Below, in pieces: positions 43,375 through 51,956 of a stretch of 56,578 nucleotides of DNA. The position numbers and the translations under genes were made by a program. The notes beneath the pieces are model-generated. The model ran no database searches. It saw only the letters and a program-made list of their open reading frames with translations, and was not told where the DNA came from. Position 1 is the stretch's first letter. Each line of letters opens with the position of its first letter. Source of the stretch: a virus (taxonomy: Duplodnaviria; Caudoviricetes); the IMG/VR virus record IMGVR_UViG_3300030012_003637, positions 1 through 56,578 of that record; one strand, 5' to 3'.

Positions 43375-45564
43375 ATGAATGGAACTTTATTTTCATCTGA
43401 CTTTGTTGTCGATGCAGAAGGTAATGAAAGATTATTAGAAATCAATACCGATACTGGCTTTACTCAAGACTTTATTAATAATAATTTATCTTTTACTGAT
43501 CTATTCTCAGTCTTTAGTTCAAATAATATTACTGAAGTAGTAGTTATTCATAAAGAGTTTCAAAGAGAGTTCGTAAATAAATTAAAGACTGATTTAGAAG
43601 CTTTTGATAATACTATAACTTTCACAGTTCAAAAAGAAAATTCAGAATCTATTTATCCAACAGCAGTTGCAGATGCTGCTAATAAGTTTATATTAAGATT
43701 AGCTTATAACGAGAATGCATTACTTGATTCTACTTATGCTAAAAATAATTATAATTTATTAAAACTTTTTTACGATAATAGTAACCAAGCATCAGTATCA
43801 GAATTTTATTATTCAGGCTCTGATGGAATAGTAAATACTATCCAAGCTTCTGCAAATAGTTCTTCGTTACCTGATTATGTAACTAAACCTATTCAAGTTT
43901 GGAATTCAACTAATACTTTTTATAAACAAAATTTTGATACCTTAACTGGAAGTTTAGATTCAAATGATTTTATCCAAAAATATCATCATAATACTTCTGA
44001 AGAAGAGAATAATAGTATTACATCTTATAGAGTTTTTTCTATAGCATATGGTTCTAATATTGATGTAGTTTTTTTAGGAATGTATAAACAAATAGCTATA
44101 TTAGATATTCCTGACTCATTAACTACAAAAAATAATGGAGCATTAGATACTAAACATTATTATGAATTTGCTTCTAACTATCCTAAATTTGATGGAGAAG
44201 GAGGTATAACAAGCACTGCTGCTGTTTATTTACCCTCAGGCTCTCAAATTATTTCTAATTTAAGTGTAGGAGATGAAATTAGTTCTTTTCATGTAGAAGG
44301 ATCCCCAGATGCTGATTCAGATGCTATATTAACAGATTGGAAACATGCCGGTACTGAACTACCCTCAGGTTCTTTTCAAACTTCTTCTTTAGTTGAAGCT
44401 GTAAATAATTTAAATGCTAAAAATAATATTTTAGCTAAATTAGTTATGACAAATGATGATGTAGTATATGCTAGTCCTAATACATTATTTTTAACTCATG
44501 TAACTGAGTCAAATGAATTAACTTATAAAGGAGCATCTCATATTTACCCAGGGTATTCTTTAATGAAAAACGATGGTGCTAGGATAGAAGTTTCTCAAAG
44601 TCTTTTAGAAGTTTACGATAGTCCTCAACAGCTTTATAATTTAGATATAGAAAGTAGAGACGTCTATATAATTAGTAGCTCAGGAGTATTAGTTCACAAC
44701 TGTTTTACTGCTGGTACTTCTATTACTTTAGCTGATGGTAGTTTAAAGTCTATTGAAAATATAAAGGATTATGACGAAGTGTTATGCTGGAGTCATGCAA
44801 CAGAGGAACTAATTCCTGGAAAAGTTGAAACAGTATCAAAAAAATTAAGTGATCAAGTTTATACCATTAAGCACGGTAATGAAAAAACAACAGTAACAGC
44901 TGAACATCCTTTTTATGTAGTTAATAAAAACGAATACGTTGCAGCGAAAAATTTAAAGGAAGGAGATATTTTTATTACTGATACAGGATCTGAAACTAAA
45001 GTCAAAGAAGTAATCATTCCTGAAGATGATAAATTTATAGAAGTTTACAACTTAGGAAATGTATCCCCAGTTCATAATTTTTTTGCTGATGGGGTATTAG
45101 TTCATAATTTTAAAGGATTACCTCCTGGAGGTTTATGTTGTTTTGTAGAAGGTACTGAAATTAGTTTAGCTAATGAAGATATAAAAAATATAGAAGATAT
45201 AGTAATTGGTGATGAAGTATTATCTTGGAACGGAGAAGAGTTGGTAGTAAGTAAAGTAATAGATATCGAACCAACAGTAGTAGGAGATAGAGATTTATAT
45301 ACTATTAATGGAGAAGGAATATGTAATATCGAATTTACACCAGAGCATCCTTTCCTTACTAAACAAGGATGGAAAGCTTTAAAACCAGATGTAGAAGAAT
45401 TTGGTATATTAGAACCTGGAGATGAGATAAATTGTTGCGGAGAATGGAAAGCTATTTCTTCTATAGATGTAATAGATTCTAAACCAGATCAAAGAGTATT
45501 TAACTTTACAGTAAAAGAATATCACAACTATGTTGCCAATGGTATTATAGTTCACAATAAATAA
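43375..45564 (+). CDS. Circularly permuted ATP-grasp-like domain fused to three tandem Hint domains
   Basis: N-terminal DFVVD...LLEINTDT, YVTKP, FIQKY; Hint1 ~G277-N442 (VLVHN), Hint2 C443-N578 (TAEHPF, VLVHN), linker FKGLPPGGLC, Hint3 C589-N728 (TPEHPF, IIVHN), K729. Confidence 0.85.
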   Translation: MNGTLFSSDFVVDAEGNERLLEINTDTGFTQDFINNNLSFTDLFSVFSSNNITEVVVIHKEFQREFVNKLKTDLEAFDNTITFTVQKENSESIYPTAVADAANKFILRLAYNENALLDSTYAKNNYNLLKLFYDNSNQASVSEFYYSGSDGIVNTIQASANSSSLPDYVTKPIQVWNSTNTFYKQNFDTLTGSLDSNDFIQKYHHNTSEEENNSITSYRVFSIAYGSNIDVVFLGMYKQIAILDIPDSLTTKNNGALDTKHYYEFASNYPKFDGEGGITSTAAVYLPSGSQIISNLSVGDEISSFHVEGSPDADSDAILTDWKHAGTELPSGSFQTSSLVEAVNNLNAKNNILAKLVMTNDDVVYASPNTLFLTHVTESNELTYKGASHIYPGYSLMKNDGARIEVSQSLLEVYDSPQQLYNLDIESRDVYIISSSGVLVHNCFTAGTSITLADGSLKSIENIKDYDEVLCWSHATEELIPGKVETVSKKLSDQVYTIKHGNEKTTVTAEHPFYVVNKNEYVAAKNLKEGDIFITDTGSETKVKEVIIPEDDKFIEVYNLGNVSPVHNFFADGVLVHNFKGLPPGGLCCFVEGTEISLANEDIKNIEDIVIGDEVLSWNGEELVVSKVIDIEPTVVGDRDLYTINGEGICNIEFTPEHPFLTKQGWKALKPDVEEFGILEPGDEINCCGEWKAISSIDVIDSKPDQRVFNFTVKEYHNYVANGIIVHNK

Positions 45565-45566
45565 TT

Positions 45567-45701
45567 ATGGGAGTATATAGAACACAAAAATTTACTGCTA
45601 TTAAAGATCAAACATCTACAGCAGTTAGTGCACAAAGACAAAATAATCTTAAGGCTATAGTTAATAATTTTATTACTTATTTTAAAGCTAAACATAGTTA
45701 G
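45567..45701 (+). CDS. Small protein (44 aa) coupled to the Hint polyprotein gene
   Basis: MGVYRTQKFTAIKDQTSTAVSAQRQNNLKAIVNNFITYFKAKHS*; starts 2 nt after the stop; not in the track. Confidence 0.65.
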   Translation: MGVYRTQKFTAIKDQTSTAVSAQRQNNLKAIVNNFITYFKAKHS

Positions 45702-45708
45702 TAAATTA

Positions 45709-45740
45709 GTTGCTATTCCGATTATTTTTTCTTATATTTT
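45709..45740 (+). promoter_or_regulatory. Early-type promoter
   Basis: GTTG-N20-TATATTTT. Confidence 0.7.
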
Positions 45741-45757
45741 AATTTAAATGTTATGTT

Positions 45758-45946
45758 ATGAAAGAGTTATATTTTTTAAGATCCTATAAGATCAATCACA
45801 GAACAATAGATTCAGTAATGGACGGTTATCATATCGAAGTAGAAGGATATAGATACGAACGTCTTAATGCTAAACCTAGAGGTAGATCCATTGAGAAAAG
45901 ACTAAGGAGTATGGATGAACAAACTCAACTAGTAATCTATTCTTAA
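45758..45946 (+). CDS. Hypothetical protein
   Basis: 62 aa after the promoter. Confidence 0.6.
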   Translation: MKELYFLRSYKINHRTIDSVMDGYHIEVEGYRYERLNAKPRGRSIEKRLRSMDEQTQLVIYS

Positions 45947-46302
45947 TGAAAGATTTAAATTGGTATTATATATTTTTAGGATTTTTAGTTACCATACTAG
46001 CCCAAGTAGGTGCATGGTATCAACACAATCTTCAATTTAAGAATCCTAAATATGATGAAACATGGTGGGGTATGTATATCTTAGCTATTCCACTTACTTA
46101 TGTTTTTATTTTAGCTACTAAATATAATGTAATAGGGTATGGAGGTTCAATCTGGGGAGGTAGATTTGTAGGCTTTGCTTTAGGAATGTTAGTATATGCT
46201 GTAATGATACAAATATATTTTAAAGAACCTTTTACGTTAAAGATAGCAGTTCAACTTCTTCTTTGTACATCTATTTTAGCTGTGCAAGCTTTTTGGAAAT
46301 AA
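45946..46302 (+). CDS. Four-TM small membrane protein (DMT/SMR-like)
   Basis: Four hydrophobic helices, F.EP..LK near the C-terminus. Confidence 0.55.
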   Translation: MKDLNWYYIFLGFLVTILAQVGAWYQHNLQFKNPKYDETWWGMYILAIPLTYVFILATKYNVIGYGGSIWGGRFVGFALGMLVYAVMIQIYFKEPFTLKIAVQLLLCTSILAVQAFWK

Positions 46303-46334
46303 GTTGGAATCCTGCTAATTTTTTCTTATATTTA
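46303..46334 (+). promoter_or_regulatory. Early-type promoter
   Basis: GTTG-N20-TATATTTA. Confidence 0.75.
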
Positions 46335-46351
46335 TAGATAAAGGAAGTAAT

Positions 46352-46594
46352 ATGTCAGATACAAATAGATACGTAGTAAAAATAGAAGCATACGTTTACG
46401 GTAAAAATGATTATCATGCTAGAATGAATGCTCATAAAATGCTTGATAATATAAATGCTAAGAACTTAAATGCTGATGCTGAAATAAAAGAACTAGGTTC
46501 TCAACCTTTCGGTACTATGCAATATAGGGAGTTAGAAGATTTTAGCCGTCCATCTAAATTAGATGCAGATGATGATGCTCCATTACCATTTTAA
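46352..46594 (+). CDS. Hypothetical protein with SSB-like acidic tail
   Basis: Ends DADDDAPLPF. Confidence 0.65.
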   Translation: MSDTNRYVVKIEAYVYGKNDYHARMNAHKMLDNINAKNLNADAEIKELGSQPFGTMQYRELEDFSRPSKLDADDDAPLPF

Positions 46595-46595
46595 T

Positions 46596-46820
46596 ATGAT
46601 AGAAATAATAAAGTCTATAAGTGGGTATTTAGTAATAGGTTGTGTATGGATAATATGGTTTGAAAGATTCTGTATTAATAATAAGATAGGAGGAGCTTTT
46701 TCAAATAAAGAAAGATATTATCAAATGGTATTATGGCCGATTAATTTAGGAGTATTCCTTTTTAGTTGGCTAGAAGAAGTTATAAAACAGATAAAGAATG
46801 ATGGACATGGCAATAATTAA
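46596..46820 (+). CDS. Small membrane protein
   Basis: Two hydrophobic segments; start probably ATG 46596 (MIEIIKS). Confidence 0.6.
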   Translation: MIEIIKSISGYLVIGCVWIIWFERFCINNKIGGAFSNKERYYQMVLWPINLGVFLFSWLEEVIKQIKNDGHGNN

Positions 46821-47514
46821 GAATATAATTCAAGAAACTAAAAATGTAAGAAGGTTTATAATTGAAGATCCTTTGAAGGATAGAATAATATATGAACCAG
46901 GACAATTAGTAAATCTTTATTTAAATACTCCTATGGATTCTAAACCTCACGTTAGGAGTTATTCAGTAGCATCAGCTCCTGATGATACCAACGAATTTGA
47001 AATAATAGTTACAGATCAACCAGGAGGGTTAATGAGTGATTTTTTATTTAATCAAGTTGATATAGGAAGCGAAATAATATATAAAGGACCTATGGGGATG
47101 TTTACCCTTCCGGAAGAGATTGATAGAGATTTATTCTTAGTTTGTACAGGATCAGGAATCAGTCCTTTTAGATCTATGGCTAAGTTCCTTACTAATAATA
47201 AAGTAAGTACTAAAAATATACATTTAATATTTGGTTGTAGAACTAAAGAAGACTTACTTTATTATAATGAACTAAAAGAATTAGAAAAAGTAAATCCTAA
47301 TTTTAAATACCATATTGCGTTGTCTAGAGTTGAAGAAGAAGGTTTTCATAAAGGATATGTTCATGATATCTATCTTCCTTTAATCAAAGACTTAAAAAAT
47401 AAACCTTTATTCTACCTTTGTGGTTGGAGAAATATGATACTAGATGCTAAAGATAATCTAAGTGAATTAGGTTATAAAATGGTAAAAGATATTAAAATAG
47501 AGGTTTATAACTAG
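46798..47514 (+). CDS. Ferredoxin/flavodoxin-NAD(P)+ reductase-family FAD oxidoreductase
   Basis: PGQ, RSYSVAS, GGLMS, GPMG.F, TGSGISPF, FGCR, YLCG. Confidence 0.9.
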   Translation: MMDMAIIKNIIQETKNVRRFIIEDPLKDRIIYEPGQLVNLYLNTPMDSKPHVRSYSVASAPDDTNEFEIIVTDQPGGLMSDFLFNQVDIGSEIIYKGPMGMFTLPEEIDRDLFLVCTGSGISPFRSMAKFLTNNKVSTKNIHLIFGCRTKEDLLYYNELKELEKVNPNFKYHIALSRVEEEGFHKGYVHDIYLPLIKDLKNKPLFYLCGWRNMILDAKDNLSELGYKMVKDIKIEVYN

Positions 47515-47533
47515 GAAAATAACTAGGGAAATA

Positions 47534-47565
47534 GTTGCTTTTCTGGAAAATTATTCATATATTAA
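47534..47565 (+). promoter_or_regulatory. Early-type promoter with tandem upstream ACTAGG(G)AAAT repeats
   Basis: aactaggaaaat aactagggaaat aGTTG-N20-TATATTAA. Confidence 0.75.
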
Positions 47566-47594
47566 GGTATATTAATAATTAAAAAATAAAGGTT

Positions 47595-48095
47595 ATGTAT
47601 AAAAATTCAAATTCTGTTATTTCTGGTACTGATAGCAAAAAAGCTAAAAGTGAAAAAAAAGATTGTGTAGTAAAAGCTATTGCTTCTTCTACTAACGTAG
47701 ATTATGATACTGCTCATAGTTGGGTAAAAGAAAACTTCGAAAGAGAAGATAAAAAAGGAACTAGTAACTGGATGATTTCTAAAAGGTTTAAGAATCAAGA
47801 TATGGAAATCGGAGGTAAAAAGTTTAAAGTTAGCAAGTGTAAGTCTTGGGAGGTAACAAATACTTATAAACTTTATGGTGAATTGATTAATCGTCAGAAG
47901 ACAGTTAAATCTTTTAGAAAAGATAAGCCTAAAGGTACTTATATGGTATTAGTTAGTAAGCATGCATTTACTATTAAAGAAGGTACTTTAATAGATAATC
48001 ATGGAGAAGAGTGGAGACCTACTAGAAAGGTAATCGGAGCTTATAAGTTCTCTCCAGTTAGTAAAGAAGTTCAACTTTCCCTAGATTTTTCTTAG
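47595..48095 (+). CDS. Hypothetical protein, possible papain-like Cys-His-Asp fold
   Basis: DCVVKAIA ... KHAFTI..G.LID. Confidence 0.55.
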   Translation: MYKNSNSVISGTDSKKAKSEKKDCVVKAIASSTNVDYDTAHSWVKENFEREDKKGTSNWMISKRFKNQDMEIGGKKFKVSKCKSWEVTNTYKLYGELINRQKTVKSFRKDKPKGTYMVLVSKHAFTIKEGTLIDNHGEEWRPTRKVIGAYKFSPVSKEVQLSLDFS

Positions 48096-48101
48096 GGAAT
48101 A

Positions 48102-48133
48102 GTTGGAAGTCTGAGAAAAAGTTCTTATATTTA
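48102..48133 (+). promoter_or_regulatory. Early-type promoter
   Basis: GTTG-N20-TATATTTA. Confidence 0.75.
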
Positions 48134-48161
48134 AGTATATAAATCAATAATAAAAAAGGTT

Positions 48162-49070
48162 ATGTCAAATCAATTAATTTTCGAAACTCTTAAAGCTAAA
48201 GAGGATAAACTGCAAGCTAAATTAGATAAATTACAAGAAAAAAATAGAGAAGTTAGAGATAATAAATCTAAAGCTCTTAACGATACTTTGAGATCTTATT
48301 TTGAAGGTACTGAAGGTATTGAAACTAACTTAGTAGATCTTAGGTATGAAAATAGTTATGGTTCTTCTATGGAGATTTCTGCTCAAGGTAATTCATACGA
48401 AAAAGAAGTATGGAATGAAGAAAAAGAAGAATATGAAGTTCAAACTAGATTTAGAAGAAATGAAATATGTACTGTAAAAGTAAAAGAGTATAGTAGATAT
48501 GATAATGACGAAGATACTGGTGATCATTTTGTGGATCTAGGTATTAGTACTTATTCTTCTTCTGATAATTACTCAGAGTTTAATTTAGAAAGAATGTTAT
48601 TTACTGGTCAAGTTGCTTTAATTATTAAAGACTTTAAAGATGATATCTTAGCTGATATGAATAAAGTTTATAAGCAGCATACTAAATTAACTGATAAGTC
48701 TTGGGATAAAGTATCTGCTGTTAAGGCTCAGATCCAAGAAATCGAAGATCAAAGATCTAAATTTAAGCATGATATTTTCATGGAAGATCTTAAAAATGGT
48801 ATCGAACTTTTAGATGATAAAACTGCTTCGATCCAGGTAAGATACGACTGGCATGTTGGCAGTATTATAGCTGCTAAGATTACTAGAACTTCTTACTCAG
48901 GTAAGTCTGTTGACTTAGAAGTTAAAACTAAAGGAAGATCTTGGAATAGCGAAACTGAAAAGTATGAAGATCAGATCTTTACTAAGACTTTAGATAAAGT
49001 AAGAGTTTCTAAACTTGAAGATTCATTTTTAAACGGTTATAATAATTTAACTTGGAAAAAAGTATCGTAA
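48162..49070 (+). CDS. Hypothetical protein (coiled-coil containing)
   Basis: 302 aa; aaaggttATG. Confidence 0.75.
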   Translation: MSNQLIFETLKAKEDKLQAKLDKLQEKNREVRDNKSKALNDTLRSYFEGTEGIETNLVDLRYENSYGSSMEISAQGNSYEKEVWNEEKEEYEVQTRFRRNEICTVKVKEYSRYDNDEDTGDHFVDLGISTYSSSDNYSEFNLERMLFTGQVALIIKDFKDDILADMNKVYKQHTKLTDKSWDKVSAVKAQIQEIEDQRSKFKHDIFMEDLKNGIELLDDKTASIQVRYDWHVGSIIAAKITRTSYSGKSVDLEVKTKGRSWNSETEKYEDQIFTKTLDKVRVSKLEDSFLNGYNNLTWKKVS

Positions 49071-49279
49071 GTATAATTAATAAAACTGATTTAGTGATCA
49101 TGAGCTGTGAGAATGACGAGCAGCTCTTGGTCGCTGAAAGGTATGCAGATCAAGCTGAAAAGTGTATGCTTAGTATGTTTGGATCTGAATTAACTTCTGA
49201 AGAAGCTGTTACTTATGCTGATTTTAGAAAGAATAATAAAGATAAGATATCAGCTAAAAGAATAATGTTAAAAAAATAA
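49052..49279 (+). CDS. Hypothetical protein
   Basis: 75 aa, TTG start. Confidence 0.55.
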   Translation: MEKSIVSIINKTDLVIMSCENDEQLLVAERYADQAEKCMLSMFGSELTSEEAVTYADFRKNNKDKISAKRIMLKK

Positions 49280-49280
49280 T

Positions 49281-49481
49281 ATGTTAGTAGTCAAAGTAGG
49301 TAAAAAAGAAAATATTAATCAAGCGGTTAAACGCTTAAAAAGAAAGGTTAGAAATGTTGGACTAATTAAAGAGATTAGAAAACGCCAACAGTTTGATAAA
49401 CCTTCAGTTATTAAACGAAAAGCTAAACAAAAAGCTATTCGTAAAGAAAAATGGTTACGAGAAAACGGAGAGTATGTATAG
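49281..49481 (+). CDS. rpsU: Ribosomal protein bS21 (phage-encoded)
   Basis: ENINQAVKRLKRKV...KEIRKRQQFDKPSVIKR. Confidence 0.9.
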   Translation: MLVVKVGKKENINQAVKRLKRKVRNVGLIKEIRKRQQFDKPSVIKRKAKQKAIRKEKWLRENGEYV

Positions 49482-49569
49482 TGATTTAAGTGTAACCGAG
49501 GAAGGTATATTAGTAATGTTAGTAACAGCTTTACTCTTATACATGTTAACATACTTAATAGAAAAATAG
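49474..49569 (+). CDS. Small membrane peptide (31 aa)
   Basis: MYSDLSVTEEGILVMLVTALLLYMLTYLIEK*; tiles with neighbours. Confidence 0.4.
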   Translation: MYSDLSVTEEGILVMLVTALLLYMLTYLIEK

Positions 49570-49571
49570 TT

Positions 49572-49664
49572 ATGATAGAAGTAAAAATAATAGAAGTAGT
49601 AATATTAGCTGTAGTATGCGTCCAATTAGGACTTTTACTAGGCTTATCAATAAGAATAAAATAA
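49572..49664 (+). CDS. Small membrane peptide (30 aa)
   Basis: MIEVKIIEVVILAVVCVQLGLLLGLSIRIK*. Confidence 0.4.
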   Translation: MIEVKIIEVVILAVVCVQLGLLLGLSIRIK

Positions 49665-49665
49665 T

Positions 49666-49821
49666 ATGAATAGTTATAAAGTTGAATTTTGGTACAGGTA
49701 TGACGGAGATACTATGGAACCAACTATAATAGATGTAGAAGCTGAAGATGAGGCTACTGCATTAAGTGTAGCTAAAATAAGAGCACCGAGAGGAGCTAAA
49801 GAATTTGAAATAGTAAAATAA
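49666..49821 (+). CDS. Small hypothetical protein (51 aa)
   Basis: MNSYKVEFWYRY...VEAEDEATAL...EIVK*. Confidence 0.55.
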   Translation: MNSYKVEFWYRYDGDTMEPTIIDVEAEDEATALSVAKIRAPRGAKEFEIVK

Positions 49822-49822
49822 T

Positions 49823-49954
49823 ATGACAGAAGAAGATTATAAATACCGTCAAGGTAGAAGAAAAAAACAAGTAGAAGGTCACGCTATGATGGCTATGGTA
49901 GGATTAATGGGCATAGTTTTAATGCTATTAGTTATTAGTTTTATTACATCATGA
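49823..49954 (+). CDS. Small membrane protein (43 aa)
   Basis: MTEEDYKYRQGRRKKQVEG plus a C-terminal TM. Confidence 0.55.
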   Translation: MTEEDYKYRQGRRKKQVEGHAMMAMVGLMGIVLMLLVISFITS

Positions 49955-50169
49955 TAAAGTATCCAGATATAGTAGCCGTTTATAAAACTTCTGATAGAGC
50001 CAATGCAAAGAAGTTTATGAAGATCTTTAAAAATACTTTAATTGATAAAGTCTTAGATAGTAGATCAAGAGCAATACCTAAAGGAGCTAAGATAGTAGAC
50101 TTAGGAGTAGGAAAGGACTTTAAAAAGAAATGGAAAGCTAAACATAAAATTTATACTTTAACTAAATGA
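49951..50169 (+). CDS. Basic hypothetical protein
   Basis: 72 aa; ATGA overlap. Confidence 0.65.
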   Translation: MIKYPDIVAVYKTSDRANAKKFMKIFKNTLIDKVLDSRSRAIPKGAKIVDLGVGKDFKKKWKAKHKIYTLTK

Positions 50170-50693
50170 TTAACGAAGAAGTTATACTTACTGAAAAAGA
50201 ATGTCGATCTATCATTGAATTAAATGACGGATTCAAAAGAAGTAAGGTACATAATAAGGGATCAAAAAGAATAACTAGTACTAATAGAACTAATTATGAA
50301 AGTATAATAGAATCAAAACCTATTGTTGATCTTCTTCTTCCTAAATTATCAAAGTATGATATAATTAGTTTACCTGAGTACTGTAACGTAGCAAGGTATA
50401 ATGAAGGTGAATGGTTTGCTAAACATGTAGATGCTGGTCCAGCTAATGTAGATAAGAAAAGATTTAAAACTTTAATAGTACAGTTATCTAATCCAGATGA
50501 TTATGAAGGAGGTGAGTTAGTAATTTGGGATCAAAGTAATAATGAAATAGTATCAAATAAAGCAGTTGGTAATATGATCTTATTTGAATCTAAACTTATG
50601 CATCAAGCTAACAAAGTCAAGAGAGGTATAAGATATTCGTTAGTATTCTTTTTAAGAACAGATAACTTTAAAATTAATAAACCTATAATATAA
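50166..50693 (+). CDS. 2OG-Fe(II) oxygenase (PKHD/P4H-like)
   Basis: HVD, QLS...YEGGEL, H...V..G.RYSLV. Confidence 0.88.
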   Translation: MINEEVILTEKECRSIIELNDGFKRSKVHNKGSKRITSTNRTNYESIIESKPIVDLLLPKLSKYDIISLPEYCNVARYNEGEWFAKHVDAGPANVDKKRFKTLIVQLSNPDDYEGGELVIWDQSNNEIVSNKAVGNMILFESKLMHQANKVKRGIRYSLVFFLRTDNFKINKPII

Positions 50694-50697
50694 AATT

Positions 50698-51063
50698 ATG
50701 ATTAAAAGATATATTGGAATAGCTTTTTTATTCCTTAGTTTAAATTTATACTCACAAGCTTATACTGTAACTAAAATAGGCAGCTATTATGAAATTAACT
50801 TTGTTGACGAATTTGCTGATCAATGGTTTTTAGATGGTGAACCTATTCTTGTATATGGAGAGTTAAAGCTAAATGAAAAAGAGTATAAGCAACTGATTAA
50901 AGATATTAAAAAGACTTTAAAGCAGCCAGAGAAAGAATTAGATAGAGCAAGCTATGCTGTTATCAAATATGGATGGGTTAGGGATAGTGTATGGATTTAT
51001 AAGAATGAAAAAGCATTCAGCGTTACATTAAACGATATAGAATATTTAAATAGTAAATTATAA
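50698..51063 (+). CDS. Secreted hypothetical protein
   Basis: Signal peptide LYS|Q. Confidence 0.65.
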   Translation: MIKRYIGIAFLFLSLNLYSQAYTVTKIGSYYEINFVDEFADQWFLDGEPILVYGELKLNEKEYKQLIKDIKKTLKQPEKELDRASYAVIKYGWVRDSVWIYKNEKAFSVTLNDIEYLNSKL

Positions 51064-51064
51064 T

Positions 51065-51403
51065 ATGGATAAGAAGAATACTTACTTTGTAGATATAGAT
51101 GGAACGATCTTTAAATATAGAAAGTTTGAAACTTATGAGAGTTCTAAAGCCGAAGTTATACCTTCAACCTTAGAGTATCTAATAAGAGTCAAAGAAGAAG
51201 GCCATATGATAATACTAACTACAGCTAGACCAGAGGAGCTAAGAATACATACAGTTATGGAGTTAAATACTAACAACGTTCCTTATGATAGATTAGTAAT
51301 GGGAATAGAAAGAGGTCCAAGATATCTTATTAATGATATGGATCCAAAGATAAAACAAGAAAGAGCTATTGCATTAAACTTAATTAGAGATGAAGGGATA
51401 TAA
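51065..51403 (+). CDS. HAD-superfamily hydrolase
   Basis: FVDIDGTI, ILTTAR, RYLIND. Confidence 0.8.
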   Translation: MDKKNTYFVDIDGTIFKYRKFETYESSKAEVIPSTLEYLIRVKEEGHMIILTTARPEELRIHTVMELNTNNVPYDRLVMGIERGPRYLINDMDPKIKQERAIALNLIRDEGI

Positions 51404-51593
51404 TAAACTTACAATAAAGCAAAGACTCCGAGGGTGGGGCTTTGATATGGACCAATTGAGGGAGAGTGAGGGGGCGCTTTTCTCCTCTCTCGACCGAAGG
51501 TCGCCACGCGCATTTTCAACTAACGTTTCAAATGATCTTCCTAACTACTGCCATTACTCCGGTTTAAGGACGGTAAGGAGTTATATGGAATAA
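51390..51593 (+). CDS. Hypothetical protein containing the GC-rich element
   Basis: 67 aa ending CHYSGLRTVRSYME. Confidence 0.45.
   Translation: MKGYNKLTIKQRLRGWGFDMDQLRESEGALFSSLDRRSPRAFSTNVSNDLPNYCHYSGLRTVRSYME
51462..51516 (+). repeat. GC-rich structured element, copy 2
   Basis: GAGAGTGAGGGGGCGCTTTTCTCCTCTCTCGACCGAAGGTCGCCACGCGCATTTT; homologous to 9218-9265 with compensatory stems. Confidence 0.7.
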
Positions 51594-51802
51594 ATAAAGG
51601 CTGAGGTATAGTAGACTTTGGTTAATACTCTATATCATTTTATATTAGATAATAGGAGAGAGACTATCTAAGCCATATTAGATAAAGGGATAGAAGCTAT
51701 GCTTACCATAAAGACTATTAATAATAGGGAGTGTATATATTCATATATTAATATACTTATATAAACATATATGTTCTATAGAATAAACAGATAGTAACGT
51801 AT

Positions 51803-51834
51803 AAAATATAAGGGTAATAGATCAGGCACCCACC
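51803..51834 (-). promoter_or_regulatory. Degenerate early-type promoter, minus strand
   Basis: Reverse complement GGTG-N20-TATATTTT with the usual spacer CTG. Confidence 0.35.
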
Positions 51835-51904
51835 TCCCTCCCTTCTTTTTTTTCTCTATATAGGATATTTTCCAGGCCATACAGGGGAAATAATACGGAA
51901 AATA

Positions 51905-51936
51905 GTTGGATATATGAGATATATTTCGTATATTTA
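51905..51936 (+). promoter_or_regulatory. Early-type promoter
   Basis: GTTG-N20-TATATTTA. Confidence 0.75.
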
Positions 51937-51956
51937 AGTATTAAATAAAGGTTATA

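Noticed and set aside
44203-45561. Conventional selfish inteins
   Set aside because: No homing endonuclease, no conserved host protein is interrupted, and the +1 residues of Hint2 and Hint3 are Phe and Lys rather than Cys/Ser/Thr.
48076-48099. Hairpin TTCCCTAG...TTAGGGAA as a terminator
   Set aside because: Weak stem with no T-tract; better explained by the GGGAA upstream extension of the adjacent promoter.
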